NCBI GenBank assembly: GCA_030141605.1
Contig: JAQGDQ010000502.1
Location: forward strand, 1 to 64,000
DNA length: 64,000 nt
DNA from: Tubiluchus corallicola
Lineage: Eukaryota > Animalia > Priapulida
Direction of reading: 5' to 3'
Both the position numbers and the translations under genes were made by a program. Below, piece after piece: positions 51,901 through 64,000 of this stretch; the first letter of the stretch is position 1, and each line of letters starts with the position of its first letter. Below the pieces are notes generated by a model that searched no databases, was not told the DNA's origin, and worked only from the letters and a program-made list of their open reading frames with translations.

Positions 51901-53807
51901 GAAGTTTGAATTAGTTCAAGCAACACTCATTTATGGAAAGCTACATTACATCATAATTTTCAAATGAATTGTGGCTATCATCACACCAGAAATTTTTTCA
52001 ATACGACATGGCACAAATTAACTTTATTCTTTATAAGGTAGACAATTTTGTACAAATTTCTTTATGGTGATTATGGTGATGTGATATGGAGCCCAAATCG
52101 TCAAGACATGATTTGGAAAATTGAAAGTATACCACGTCGAGCTACTAGACTCGTACCTGCTGTTTTTCATTTACCATATGCTGCAAAACTTAAAGAGTCT
52201 GGGCCATACAACTCTGAAGTACAGATGCAAAAGACAAAATTTAAACCAAACATTTCGTATCCTTAAAGGTAGAGGAACCATCAACAGCGAAGCATTTTTC
52301 CATCAACAGACATACCATGGTCGCATAGGTCACTCCTACAAAATCAAGAAGAGAAGAGTTCCCCAAAGGTGGAGTCCTGGAGGTCCACATTTGCAAGGCG
52401 AGTAATTAATGAGTGGAACACGCTGCCTGACCATGTAGTTCAAGCCTCCAATCCTACCCAGTTTAAGTCTCGTCTCGATAGATATTGGAAAAACAACGCT
52501 GAAAAATATATACACCCCAAGTTGCCACAATGGCAACAAGAAACCTGTGCTACGCTTCATGATCGCAGTATTAGATTCATTTTTTATATTGATAAAGTAA
52601 ACAAGGAAGAGTGGAGAGGTCCATAAGCTATTTATGCTTAACCTCTATCCTTCGACGGTAACGGTAACAATAACGGTTATATTTTTCTAAGTTTAAGTGA
52701 TAACATTAAAATAAACCCAACATGCTAGTGACTTGTCTCTTCCTTTAACTTTAGATGATCAAAAATTAACTTTTATGGCAATGCTTGCATGCGCGATGCC
52801 GCATAACATACCGTTTGATTGTAGGTCGAATGTCATTTTGATTCTCTCCGGCCACGAAATGACCGAAAACAGTACATTTCATTAATGCAGAAAACAGATT
52901 CTTCCCAAGAACTCTCCGTGCAAACTTGGTAATCTAAAACAATTCAATAAACAAAAATGCTGTTACTTTCACTGTGCAGTGCATGTATAAACGAACACGC
53001 ATTCCCAATTAAATGTAACTAAACTGTTCAAAGTGTCGGGTTACACTTGCTGAATTCCAGATCACAAACTATGAAGAACAGATCGCAGAAAATGGTGCCA
53101 TACACTTCAAACTTTCCCCGTCCTTAAAAAGATGTGTGTCCTAATTTACAGAATACAAACCCTTCAACTAATGTTACTGTGCTCTCTTAAAACTATACAA
53201 AAAATAAATTAACTTGCAAGTTTTTAATTTTAGATAGACGTTTAAAACTAACCAATAATCCATTACCGTAACGGCTACTAAATAACCAACTAAAAGTTTT
53301 GCTATAAATTAATAATACTAGCCCAATAGTCTCATCGCTGAAACACATGCAGACTCTATACTCCGCTCAGATTTAGCGGAGTCCTTGATACAGTTACATG
53401 TTGGCACTAAGCCAACACCGCAACATGCGTTCCATTAAATTCAATCTATGACAGTTTTACACAGCAACAAACTTAGTCACTAGCACTGTAAATAAAATTA
53501 CCTCTATATTTTTGTCCACAACGTAGTCGTATGAGCACATTTTGAACACAAACAAACCGCGTAACAATTCAAGGTTAGTCTTGCTCTTGTAGGCGTCGCG
53601 ATGACAGTTAAAGGATAAGTCCAATCGAGACTTCTGTTTGTCCAACGATTTGTTCACGTCATATTCACCAGAAGCGTTGCAAGCTGCACTTGTACTGATC
53701 AGCCGAAGCAAATTCACGTTATAATTGCTACAACTACAGCGTCCGAGACCAAAATCGTAACTAAACTTGCAGTTTTTGTAAAGCGAAGCTCTAACACGAA
53801 ACGCCAT
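33967..53807 (-). CDS. PRODH: Proline dehydrogenase 1, mitochondrial (proline oxidase; slgA-like) (15 exons, 645 aa)
   Basis: Exons (minus strand) 53807-53502, 52933-52812, 50454-50368, 46704-46661, 45265-45242 (microexon, less certain), 43472-43332, 41839-41671, 41009-40914, 39438-39357, 38522-38430, 37709-37563, 36935-36840, 36078-35894, 35366-35278, 34223-33967. GT-AG, in frame, 1938 nt. Motifs [105 protein letters not shown]. Confidence 0.95.
34500..34955 (-). mobile_element. Tigger/pogo-like element (family E), partial
   Basis: Terminus GTCGTTAAGCGAGGACTTACTG|TA is identical to the reverse complement of the 14262 terminus. The left boundary is approximate. Confidence 0.6.
39837..40122. 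mobile_element. Tc1/mariner-pogo-like MITE
   Basis: CAGTATACCTCGGGTATAAGG at the left end and CCTTATATCCGAGGTTGACTG|TA at the right end, with subterminal TAAGGGAC repeats. Confidence 0.75.
43030..43131. repeat. (CAGT)n/(CAAT)n tetranucleotide microsatellite
   Basis: Directly visible. A second degenerate patch lies at about 43248-43290. Confidence 0.9.
43881..44276. mobile_element. MITE with AACCGGTT-rich termini
   Basis: CAGAGCTGGGACTGGTTAA at the left end and TTAACCGGTCCCAGCCTG at the right end, with several AACCG(G/A)TT subterminal repeats. Confidence 0.65.
44444..44660. mobile_element. Short MITE with about 20-bp TIRs
   Basis: ATGGTAAATAAGGGGGCAAA at the left end and TTTGCCCCTTAGTTTACCAT at the right end. 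Confidence 0.6.
47624..48018 (+). mobile_element. MITE family C copy with perfect 19-bp TIRs
   Basis: AATAAGCCTTTTCACAGTT ... AACTGTGAAAAGGCTTATT. Confidence 0.88.
48021..48514 (+). mobile_element. Family A full-length copy, TTAA-flanked (Kolobok-like)
   Basis: TTAA|AGGGAAAGG ... TTTTTTGTCCT|TTAA. AG...CT termini with a TTAA duplication are characteristic of Kolobok. Confidence 0.75.
49783..50242 (-). mobile_element. Internally deleted pogo-family DNA transposon with transposase C-terminal remnant
   Basis: TA|CCGTATTTTCCCGTGTATAAGAGACCC ... GGGTCTCTTATACACGAGAAAATACGG|TA. The minus-strand ORF 49880-50107 has [28 protein letters not shown], typical of pogo/POGK-like transposase C-termini. 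Confidence 0.9.
50600..51037 (+). mobile_element. hAT transposon 3' fragment (hATC dimerisation domain)
   Basis: [44 protein letters not shown] matches the hAT C-terminal S.ERSFS.LK.IK..LRSTM.Q.RL..LA.LSIE motif. The end ...GCCCTG at about 51037 is hAT-like. Confidence 0.8.
51760..52040 (+). repeat. Dispersed repeat family B
   Basis: AGAAGAAAA..CACT.TGTCA.TTT..AAAAGTA..AAAAATTATACAGC.AATT.TGTGATATTT.TGCA is shared with 56600-56945 (+) and 5260-5580 (-). Boundaries are approximate. Confidence 0.6.
52050..52680 (+). mobile_element. CR1-clade LINE 3' fragment, frameshifted, antisense within a PRODH intron
   Basis: Three overlapping frames give [21 protein letters not shown] / LKSLG.TTL.YR..FRILKG..GHSYKI / [17 protein letters not shown]...[10 protein letters not shown] short (ACGGTA)n-like tail lies at about 52654-52680. 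Confidence 0.88.
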
Positions 53808-53810
53808 GTT

Positions 53811-53970
53811 CACGTGTTGTATGTTGACAGCTTTCTGCTGTGCAAAATCCTAGCCACATTTCCGCGGTAGCGAGCCACGTGACCCATATTCATTCATAAA
53901 ATTGTGACGTATCGTGACGTAGCCAGACACACCTCCATAACCAACCGGTTGTAGTAAACACTGATGGCGC
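53811..53970 (-). promoter_or_regulatory. Putative PRODH proximal promoter
   Basis: Locally CpG-rich segment just upstream of the ATG, with E-boxes CACGTG (53811-53816, 53876-53881) and tandem TGACGT (53905, 53915). Function is inferred only. Confidence 0.4.
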
Positions 53971-56900
53971 ATGGTCACTACATTTAGTCTACACAGGCGC
54001 AAGTAGGTCAATGAGTAAACAGTTTAACAGACGTACAGCAAAGCTTTTAAAACACGTTAAACTACATTTCTGGTATGATTGCTGTCTTTAAGTGAGTTTT
54101 CTTCCTAACAAGTACTAATAGCACTGTACTGTAACTCCAGGCCTAAGTGCGCAAAGATAATCACAGAAGCTTTTTGTTAATAAGTACGTAATCTCTGCCC
54201 TAGTCAGTGGCGCCACATTCTGGCTGAAAAACAACTCTTGGTTATGCTAAATATCATTATTTAAAACTACGTAGCAGCAAAGCTTTCAACTCCCAGGCAC
54301 ACAAAAGAACAGGCCTGTCGTCGTATAGCTTGTCGTTCTGAATGGGTCATGTGTTTATCATTATAGATCAAGATATCCGCTCATAATTAAGACGACATGT
54401 CGTTACAAATTGCAATTGGATGACAAAAACTATAATTATTTTTGAACCTAAAGAATGCAGCGTGCGTTTAAAATGTTTCATTAGTAAATTATCATTAATA
54501 TTAATTTATTTACTAAATTTGCTAACTAATCAAAGATGGTACATTTGTTTAATGAGTTGTACAAAATAAAGATAATATAATTATATTAAATGTAAAAAGT
54601 CGGGAGCGTTTTTTGGGATGAAAAGATGATCAAGCTTGCAGAAAACCTAATTAACACATGTTAAAGATATTCCCAGAATATAAAACTTACTCCTCTTTGC
54701 TAATAGATGGCAGCACAGCGAAGATGCACCATTCTACTGGTACTGTTCAAATAACTATGTTTCTGAGCCAACAAACTGTTAAACAACAAAAAAGACATGG
54801 GAAGACTTTTTTGCATCCTAAAATAGTGCTGTCCAAACACTTTCACAAGCCATCACCTAAAGTCACAACCATACATGTTACGTAAATTTTCAAATGGTCA
54901 GAGCTGCAACTAGTTCCTAACAGCAAATCAACTTTTATACCAACAGCTGACCTCTTCTTATATTATTGAATACAACAGAATGGTAATTTTTGCCATTTGC
55001 ACTGAAAACAAAAACACCACTTTCCTCGGTACAACAAGGGAACCACGAAGAAATTCACCATACTGCAGAGATCACATTAATAAATAAATCTAACACGAGA
55101 CATGGTGGTAAGTTCAAAATCAATTAAACACAATATTAGCTTCATACTATGTTATTGATCCTACTGTTTTTCTTAAAAAGCAAGCGTCAGTATGAACGTA
55201 CAGTATGTCATTTGTGCAGAGATGTGCGAACTAGGAAATTTATGCACCTAGCCTTGCCACTGCTGTAGAATACATTGTTAGGTATTAAGTAGGCATATTG
55301 TGCGACAGCTGTTTTGGACTTATGTCAAGCAAACAAGGATTCCAAAAGAACCACTGTTCTGCTAAAGTGTTGTAAGTCGAACCGGCTCATCTGGAATGTT
55401 CCCTTGTAAGTAACCTTACTCCATACAGGCACAGAATGCGGAACAAATGTAACACTTAACAGTTCACAGCATTGCGTGACAACGTCTGGACAAGTTTGAT
55501 GCTACAAATTCTAATCATAGTCTTCAGTATAACATGAAAGAGTAGTGCTCTCTCTTATGGTGTGTTGACTCGACAAATAACTCACAAGGATGTCCAGACA
55601 AGAAAGCTAAACTTGCAGGGAGTTACTCTCTGACAGTAAGCACGAGCCAAATCCAATTTCTCAATTCACTACTGCGAGTGTCGATAGGAATTAGTGGGCT
55701 TTTCATGGTCATATATGATACCATACGACATTGTGAACTGCTTTTTATAAACGCTTGTAAGTTGGCTGCAAAAATGCTAATATTGCTTGCTGATCGAGCT
55801 TACGACTGGCGTACTTAATTGTAGATAAAATGTACTCTTATTACCATGTAATAGAATTTATGTAGTAATATATTTATGACATAATTTTTGTGAGAACATT
55901 TGAATTCCATTTCAACAACTATCATGCAGTAAAATTCTGGTTAATTATGAAAATTGGGGATTAGTGATATATGACATAATTGATATATATGTAGGATACA
56001 TAGAGCCTATATTAGTATATCCAGACATTTGCAGCTGCTGTATTTTGTTCATTCATCTTTAGTTAGCTGTCGGCTTTGAGAATGGGCATAGCCTTGACCA
56101 AAAGGAAAAAAAATCTATGATGTTTTGGTTTTGAGCCATTTACAATATACTGTATGCTACAGACCACGCACTAGCTTAGTCTGACCCTGGTAAACTCTCA
56201 CAACTACATACCACTAAATTCACGTGTTAATAGTTAGCTGAAATGACTTGAAAAAGACGGTGCAACATACAAAAGTCTACAGATTCTAAAGTGTTTTCAG
56301 AATTTAGTTTAATTTGACTAAGAAAATTCCCAACAGTTTTAATATACTGGTGCTTTTTTCAGCTGTTTTGCTTTGTTTGTTTAAAAAATTATAAAAAATG
56401 TAAGCTGTATAGAGACTTCTGAGAAACGTGTACTGCAAGTTTCCATCTGTGATTGGCTCACTTCTTTTCTGTGAAGTTATGGTTACATCAATGTCCGCAA
56501 AAAATGTTAGCAGAGTTTAGTAATAAAAATGTGATAAGTGCCTCGTGTAATTAGTGAAATCACTTTAAACTCCTGATCATTTCACAATTGGGCACTCCCA
56601 TTCTGGAGGCCCAAGTTTCCACCAATGACGCCATTCATCGATAGAAGAAAAGCATCACTCTGTCAATTTGTGTCAAAAGTATAAGAAATTTTTACAAAAA
56701 AATTATACAGCAAATTTTGTGATATTTCTGCATGAATACTAGATAAAGTGCAAAAGTTTGAATTATTTTAAGCGGTGCCACAGTGGGATTATGCAAGGTC
56801 ACAAAGTCCCCCAGTTATATTAACATTTTTTAGTGAATGGCAGCAACCATCCCCGAGTTACTTACGTTAACACTTTTAAGTGAATGGCGGCAACCACCGT

Positions 56901-57477
56901 GCCTGAAAATTTCTATACAATGGTAGTATAAACTAACTTTTTATGTTCTATAGACAGTTTTTTTTGCAAATTCCTTTGTTACAGTTTTCCAAGTTTAAGG
57001 GATAACAGTAAAACAAACTCAACATGTTAAGAGACTTGTCATTTCCTTTAGCAAACAAATTACGAGCAAGAAATCTGATTATAACCTTTTCATTGCTAAT
57101 AAACATTATTATAGTGTAAAAGAATTGTGCTACGTAACACAAAGCAAAATTACGCACATCTTATTACGCAACATAAAAAAATGCATACAAAAACAGTACA
57201 AAATGCAAAATCTCATTTACAGTCTAGCACGCTATTGTACCGTGAGACAAATCTATCACAAACATTCATAGTCAATAATCTTATGATAATCTAGCTTATA
57301 TCATTATTACTTGCACCAGGTGCAAAAACTGAAGATGATTTTTATCCACTTAAGGAGACTTATGATCCTATAATGTACATTACCAAGCAGGCCAGTCACA
57401 TAATTAAGGAATTATTCCACGTCGAACTCACAGTTATTATGACAACAAACTGAGATGCATTATGATTCTCTAAACTG

Positions 57478-60400
57478 TCACGACGGGTAGCTGTCGGGCA
57501 AATCCCACGGGCGTGGCTCTCGCACTCGTTCTGGCTCCTCGAAGTTCAAACCGTTTTCTGTACATGCATTGCAAAATGCAGTCAACTAAAAGTAAAAAAA
57601 AACTAATTTGAAGTATTCATGATTTAGACGTTAAAGCGTTGAGATGAAGAAGATAAACCCAAAACTACGTCAAATGACAAATTTTGATTCTTAACATTCT
57701 TGAAGGCTGAATGCGCCACATTAGTTATGCAACATAATTATAGATGGCATTGCGATGTCATCCATGCTCAGAGTTTCACAGCAACTGTAGACGCATAGTT
57801 TAGCCTTGTGTGGAGCTGGATATCAACGTGAAAGCATTTAATGTTTAAATAAATAGTGATAAAATAAATAAAGACACTGCCTAGTTTCAAATTTCAATGG
57901 ACTACTAGCTTGATTTTGTAATAATTTTGACAACATCACTGAATGAGCATCGTATTAGGAAACACATGTATAACAGAAAGGTGTAGATAATATTAAGCGT
58001 ATGCACGAATAATCGATTATTTGAATTTTTTTACAGTTCGAATAATAAAACTGTTTCCATTGTCCTAACCACACCGCTGGATTATCCTATATACTGTACT
58101 GACCGTCTGCTGAGTGCCGCCTGCTGACATGTGCAGGCAATAAGCCAACAAGACAACAATATAATGTATTTGCTGCTCCAATGTAAAAAAACGTTAATTC
58201 CATGGTTGGCTCAGTGTCCAGGTAATTCACTGGAAAATCGGGTGCTCTATACACAATTGAATACTGAGACCACCAGTATTTAGTATGTAAATTGACAATC
58301 CACTTGACAATTAAATACTTATATTAAGATAAACTATTATATTAAAATAAAAAAGTTTAGTTTTACCCTTTCACTCTCTTGATTTTCTTCAGCCTGTTTC
58401 ACTAAAGGAAAGTCTACACTTTCTATGCCCGCCTCCGCACACCTCCTCGCAATAATCATGCCGACAGTCTCAGCTGCTGTAACATCAGTTGGGCTAAACA
58501 ATAGATATAAAATAGTTAATTAATTACTTAACTAATTTTTCTGTCGTTACTTCCTCTGCATTCTCTATCCTAAAACACATACAGTCATACCTCCGTTGTC
58601 GAACGTCTCCGTATTTGTACAAATCGGTTTTCGACTAGAAAATTCAAGCTGAAATTGTCTACGCTCTTGACCAGAATTTCGGTACTCAACAAACCGCCAA
58701 ACAAGTGATGAACACATGTGCGGCGAGCCGAGTAGAGCCAAGCGTAACCGACCGCGCCCGAGAGTAGTCGCGCACAAGATTTGAATTGCCTAACATCGCT
58801 AAGTACTTTCTACGCTTATTTTTCTCCGCTTTTTCATGCAGGAAGAATTATGTTTTTCATCAAAGTCATTCTATTATGTTTTTCTTATCAATTATATCAT
58901 ATCTACTGTTTGAATAAACATTTTTACATTATTATATTTTGTTTTAGTAATACTTTACAGTTCATTTGGTGCTCGAGAATGGATTATTTGCTTTTACATT
59001 ATTTCTTATGAGAATAAATGATTCGGTACTCAATCAAATCGGTTTTCAAGCATTTTTTAGGAACGAATTATGGTCGAAAACAGAGGTACTACTGCACTGT
59101 ATTTCCAAGACAGAATATAACAACCATGAACAGTTTGATTTACTTGTAAAGTTGTACTAATTGACCTTCATAGTCACCTTGTTAGTTTCTTATAGACTTC
59201 TTACACACATAGAGTGCAAGGGCAACTGAACATTCACATTCGTAATTAATCCTTTAAACCTTGAGTAAAACAACTTCTAATGCACCCAACTTCTCACGAA
59301 TCTCTAATGTTGTGTACACGCCCACATTAGCAGAGGCGTATTAACCAATAAGCTAACTAGGCTATAGCTTAGGGCGCCAAAGTTTGAGGGTGTCACATTT
59401 TAGGGAAAAAATTCTTATTCGCTTTATGTACACTTTCATATTCAAACAAAGGGTGCATTTTATAACACACCACAGGCAGTTACTCTGAGCAGGTTTTATA
59501 TAAGTACCACATAACGAACAGGTGCAATGTATTACACAACAAGTAGTTGCGCAGTCTGCTTATATATAAGCGCTATGCAAATACATCTACAGTGATACTG
59601 CGAGATACGAAATTAATTTGTTCAGGAGGGCCTTTCGTATCTTAGAATTTTCGTATTATGAGACAAGATGTACCCTATACATGTATATGTAAATGGCGTA
59701 ATTCGTTCGAGCCTACCCCCCCTCGAAAACAGTCGCATAAAGTGTAAATATTGTACCCATCCGAGAGAAATATGTTCGTTAATGAAAACATAATCATTCG
59801 ACATATCCTTTTCTTCTTATCACTACCACTGGTACTTGCTTTTTTCGGACCCATGGTTATTGAATGCGAATTAACACAAATTCACTCGAAATACAAAGCA
59901 CGAAAACACAGGACAATAGACAGAAGCTTTTTGGTACAGTGTGCGAGAGCAAAGTGACGCCGTGATGTTGCATCATTCACGTGATGCTAGGAAATACATT
60001 CTGGGAGGACCGCTGTCGGGCAGCACTTTCGATTGTCGTTCGTATCTTGAATATTTTTTCATTAAATGGGAGGGAAATTTCTTTGAAGTCCGATTTGTAT
60101 TCTGAATTTTTTGAACAATAGGGTTTTCGTAAGTCGAGTTTCAACTGTAAATATAACGACCACGTAGAAACTAGTGTTTCTAATACACCACAAGTAATTT
60201 TTTATCTGCTCATTACATAAAAAAAACAATTCACAAGAGACAAGGATGGGAGAGAACAATCAGCCTAAGGCATTGTAAAGTGTTGATATGTCCCTGCACA
60301 TTAGACACAATACATAACTTGTATTTCTTACAAAATGTGTGCTGCTACTGCCCACAGATGGCGGCCCGGTGGACTACTGTAAAATGCGTTCTGAATTCCT

Positions 60401-63400
60401 TACGCCGTGTGCATGGTTTTAGGCTCTCTTTATATTTGTTACACATTCTTTAATCTGTTGGAAGATAGTCATCGGCTAATGTTCCTCTTTTGTAAACTTT
60501 CAACAATAAATTAACTGACACTAGCACTACTGACAGAGAACGAGTCGCATCTTGGCACATTTTGGGCATACTTGTGGTGTTATGCCCAAATCATAAGATC
60601 ATGCATCTGATCTATTGACCTTAGTTGTACTATGAGCAATCAGGAGAGTTGCAATTTCATTTCTAATAGCACTCGCAAGTTATTTAAATCTTTCAGTAAT
60701 TATATTACACAACAATAACAGTTGAACAACAACAATAATGACAACAGTGGCAGCAGCAGCAAGAGCAATGCCAGTGAAATCCACATGAACGTGTATTCAC
60801 GCATACATGTACTGTCTTGTAGTGTTTTGTGGGTAGATCTGAGTGCGTTTAGTGTTTCGGTCAAACCTGTGTGGTAGATTGGGCCCCCTCGCACCATAAT
60901 TTCACCAACATACCATCTACAAACCAACACAATACAAGTCACTACACGTATGCGTGATATCATCTTTATACGAATTTCCCTGGAGTTCTATTAAGACTGC
61001 ACGTCGCTGCTGCTGTTGTTGTCATTGCCCTTAACAAAGTTGATGCTGATGCTGCTGTTGTTGTCATTGCTCTTAACGAAGTTGATGCTGATGTTGCGTG
61101 TTGCTGTAGTTGTTGTTTTATTCCCACAAGTCAAGATACACTCTCAAATTAACAAAGAGGTAATTTCATCAAACATAATCAGGGATGGATTTTTGTTGCG
61201 TTTTTTTACATAGAATAAAATGTGTTCTATCAATCTATCCAACTAGCTTTAAATACAATGCCAGCAATTTAATAAATGTCTGCGTTTAACACAAGGTCCT
61301 TTTTTCAGCATCCATTCAAGTTGAGGCTATGTGTAAGCAGACGACACTAGGTATAAATCAACAACAGCTAAAAACAAAGACGGGGATTCTACAAGACCCC
61401 TCAGACTTTTCTAAACAGTCAAAAGAGGTAAAAATGGTCACAAATATTGAAAATAACCTGTGAGATAATTTCACCACACACCTGTACAGCTGCTTCATTA
61501 CTGCCCCTTCTTGACTACTGGCAGAGAGAACAACATCTCCGTTGCAATGCACAACCTTTGCTCTTATTCCACGTGGGGTGCACTCGTAATGCAACCTATA
61601 TGAACATCAATTTAAACGCTGAACCTTTATTAAATTTTAAAGTTTCTTGTAAAAAATTTTTTAGAGCTTATTCTACGCCTTTTTTGTGAGAATACTGGAT
61701 ATTTGTTCACTTACAAAACTAACAACAACCACTGAACAAACTTTTCACGTTGTTTTCAACACTTTTTCTCATTTACTTAATTATAAATTTGCCAGATGTA
61801 CAATTATTCTTATATAATTCATTTCATTATATTCCAACTTTAGTATATTTATTGTAAGTTATAAGCAAGTTTAGTCCATTATAAGTTATAATAAACAATG
61901 TTTTATTTGATTATAGTCTCCTATAAAAATTTCTTTTTTGGATTATTGATTGCTGGGATCATAATCAGTTAATGAACACCGCATCATAGATACGCAAACA
62001 TTAATAGAGTGTGAATCAACATAGTTTTATTTTTCATTAATTTCATTATTTTCATTAACATTTACACAAATGGCCAGATGTCAAACAAAGAAAGTTATCT
62101 TGAATTACAGAAAACATACTTATAAATTATAGATACTGGGTACTACAAATTTCATTATACAGCTTCTGACAGTTTCTAAGTTGTAAATAGACATTTGATC
62201 TTAAACCGCCCACTCAATGTCACTGAGTATCTCACCAAAACCTATCTCCATATACTACAATAAGTTACCTATAACTGGCTTTGGCAAATAAGCTTCATTG
62301 GCTCAAACATCTACTCCTCTGATTAGTCTACTAACTGGGTATTCTACTAGTCATTGACTAAACTGGAATATAATTGGCTATTGTGACTAAACTCCTTACA
62401 TTTCTTGACTTTTAGTCTCTGAGAGTTTCGTGTTCATTCAATGACTCACATTACTCCTGTGGTGACAAGCTCAATGTAAAGTCTACACTACCGTAATTAT
62501 TTACTAGCACAAGACTTTTTTGACAACACATGTGCAAAAGATGTCCCAGAATATGAACAGTATGACGTTGTATTATGTTTGCAAAAGCTGGATAAAATTT
62601 ATTATGCAACCTACAAATGGTTCACATAAACAAGTTACTGGCTTACTGCACCATCATTTTTCATGTCCGGATTTATTTAAATTTGCGTGTTCATCGATTT
62701 CATTGTAGATATTCTAATAATCACCGCCACAGTGGAAATGTGATGTCCCTTACATGGGTTATGCCATCTATTTTTGTCTTAGATTTTATCCACATAATCT
62801 AAACTAAATTAAACACTAACGAAAATTTGTTCACATTAATTTGTTCCCATCTTAAAACAATGCCATCACTCATCAAGGGTGAAATGCCCTTTACTGTCTG
62901 AGAAACACTTATATCATAATTTACCTGTGGTAAAACATACGTCGTGGTGTCTGCATCACCCATCCCGTGTCTTTAACGGCTATGCCCAAAAGTTCTAAAT
63001 TTCTTGGATTTCTATTCACAAAATCGGGGTTGACATTGTCATTGTCTAGTAGCTTATCTGCTGACTGTGCCAGCTTAAGATCGTCTGCAGAAGTAACACT
63101 CTGTGATGAAGTCTCGCATTGTTGTGAAGATAATATTGTTGCCCTTAACAATGATATTTTGCGAAAAGAACTTGGAATAGCTACAAGAAATAATTATTAT
63201 CAATAGTAAGTTAAATTTAATAAATCATGGTTTCGAAAATGTCGTAAATAATACATTGTTACATACATTACAATACAAGCTATTACTACTACAAAACCAA
63301 ACAAAAGTTTCACCAGATATTCATCATGCCTATATTGCTATTTTGGGGCATTGTGTGAAAAGTAACAGATAACATTTAACGGTCCAACTTCTGAGAGTCA

Positions 63401-63609
63401 GTGATTGTTATTAATTATTAATTTACACTGCATGCATATGCAGAACACGTTTATGTATCACTAATGTTACTGTCACAAACTCTGCGACAAAAAGCTTCAG
63501 ATAATGCACATAGGTAATATTTTTTATTTAACATAATTACCATCGACTAGAATGTAGTCATACATCAACCCTAATTACGGTGCTTACCTCTTTTGGTATG
63601 ACTCAACAT
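57478..63609 (-). CDS. MRPL18: Mitochondrial large-subunit ribosomal protein uL18m (5 exons, 208 aa)
   Basis: Exons (minus strand) 63609-63588, 63180-62925, 61595-61482, 58493-58367, 57585-57478. GT-AG, in frame, 627 nt. Motifs FVNRNPRNLELLGIA..GW, FYHRL, VVLSASSQE.AV.KQLYS.TDVTAA..VG.IIARRC.EAGI are typical of L18m. The N-terminus is basic and Ser-rich, like a presequence. The first 22-nt exon is less certain. Confidence 0.9.
58582..59094. mobile_element. Tigger-like MITE
   Basis: TA|CAGTCATACCTCCGTTGTCGA at the left end and TCGAAAACAGAGGTACTACTG at the right end (imperfect TIR). Confidence 0.6.
59590..60148. mobile_element. Tigger-like MITE, degenerate
   Basis: TA|CAGTGATACTGCGAGATACGAAA at the left end and TTTCGTAAGTCGAGTTTCAACTG|TA at the right end. 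Confidence 0.55.
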
Positions 63610-64000
63610 AGTCTTAAATAGTCAGCACTTAGTTCAGAACACATAACACTACTAGACTCAGTAACACTACAAAAAATAAACCGAATTTAAAAATAAGCTA
63701 AAATCACGAGCTTAAACTGTGTTGTTTCTCAGTTTTTCTGAATACTGACACGCTCTTGTCGCTCTGTTTTTGAACCTGCAGTACGGGATATCTACGCTAG
63801 AGATCAGGGCGCAGTTTTGGCAAATCAATTTGCAGCTACAAGCACGACCGTATTCCCTTTGAGGTAAAGAATGTAGAAAGGAACCTTCTAACTCTATCTG
63901 GGTAGAATCATTATAGCTAATAAAACGTAGACATATGTAGTAAAAAGGAATGCTTATTATATTCTTCATTAGTAATCGAATATTATGCAAAGTTAAAAAA

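Noticed and set aside
55380-55900. Possible highly decayed LINE fragment between PRODH and MRPL18
   Set aside because: Only a faint FVPHSV..W similarity with many stops, too weak to call.
60700-61213. Leu-rich, signal-peptide-like ORFs
   Set aside because: Derived from low-complexity CAA/CAG/TTG repeats and a 42-bp tandem duplication at about 61008-61094 within an MRPL18 intron.

Overview
AT-rich, intron-rich animal (probably invertebrate) genomic DNA. Hand-splicing at GT..AG junctions gives four complete frame-consistent genes: (1) an endosomal Qa-SNARE of the STX7/STX12/TSNARE1 group (+, 6588-17382, 9 coding exons, 281 aa); (2) a hydroxyproline-dehydrogenase-like PRODH2 (+, 20243-31007, 9 exons, 504 aa); (3) a canonical proline dehydrogenase PRODH (-, 53807-33967, 15 exons including a 24-nt microexon, 645 aa), tail-to-tail with PRODH2; (4) mitochondrial ribosomal protein uL18m/MRPL18 (-, 63609-57478, 5 exons, 208 aa). 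Introns and intergenic DNA hold LINE fragments (CR1/L2-group), non-autonomous DNA transposons (pogo/Tigger-, piggyBac-, Kolobok-, hAT- and Ginger-like) and several minisatellites. The most notable observations are the adjacent convergent PRODH/PRODH2 pair with shared intron positions and the Tyr-to-Ser specificity switch, a TIR element whose 5-bp target duplication is a splice-donor motif, a degenerate EF-hand-like loop and a symmetric microexon in PRODH, a minisatellite of perfect 5' splice sites, and an unpaired acceptor upstream of MRPL18. Family assignments come from motif recognition, not database searches. No prokaryote-type system is present.
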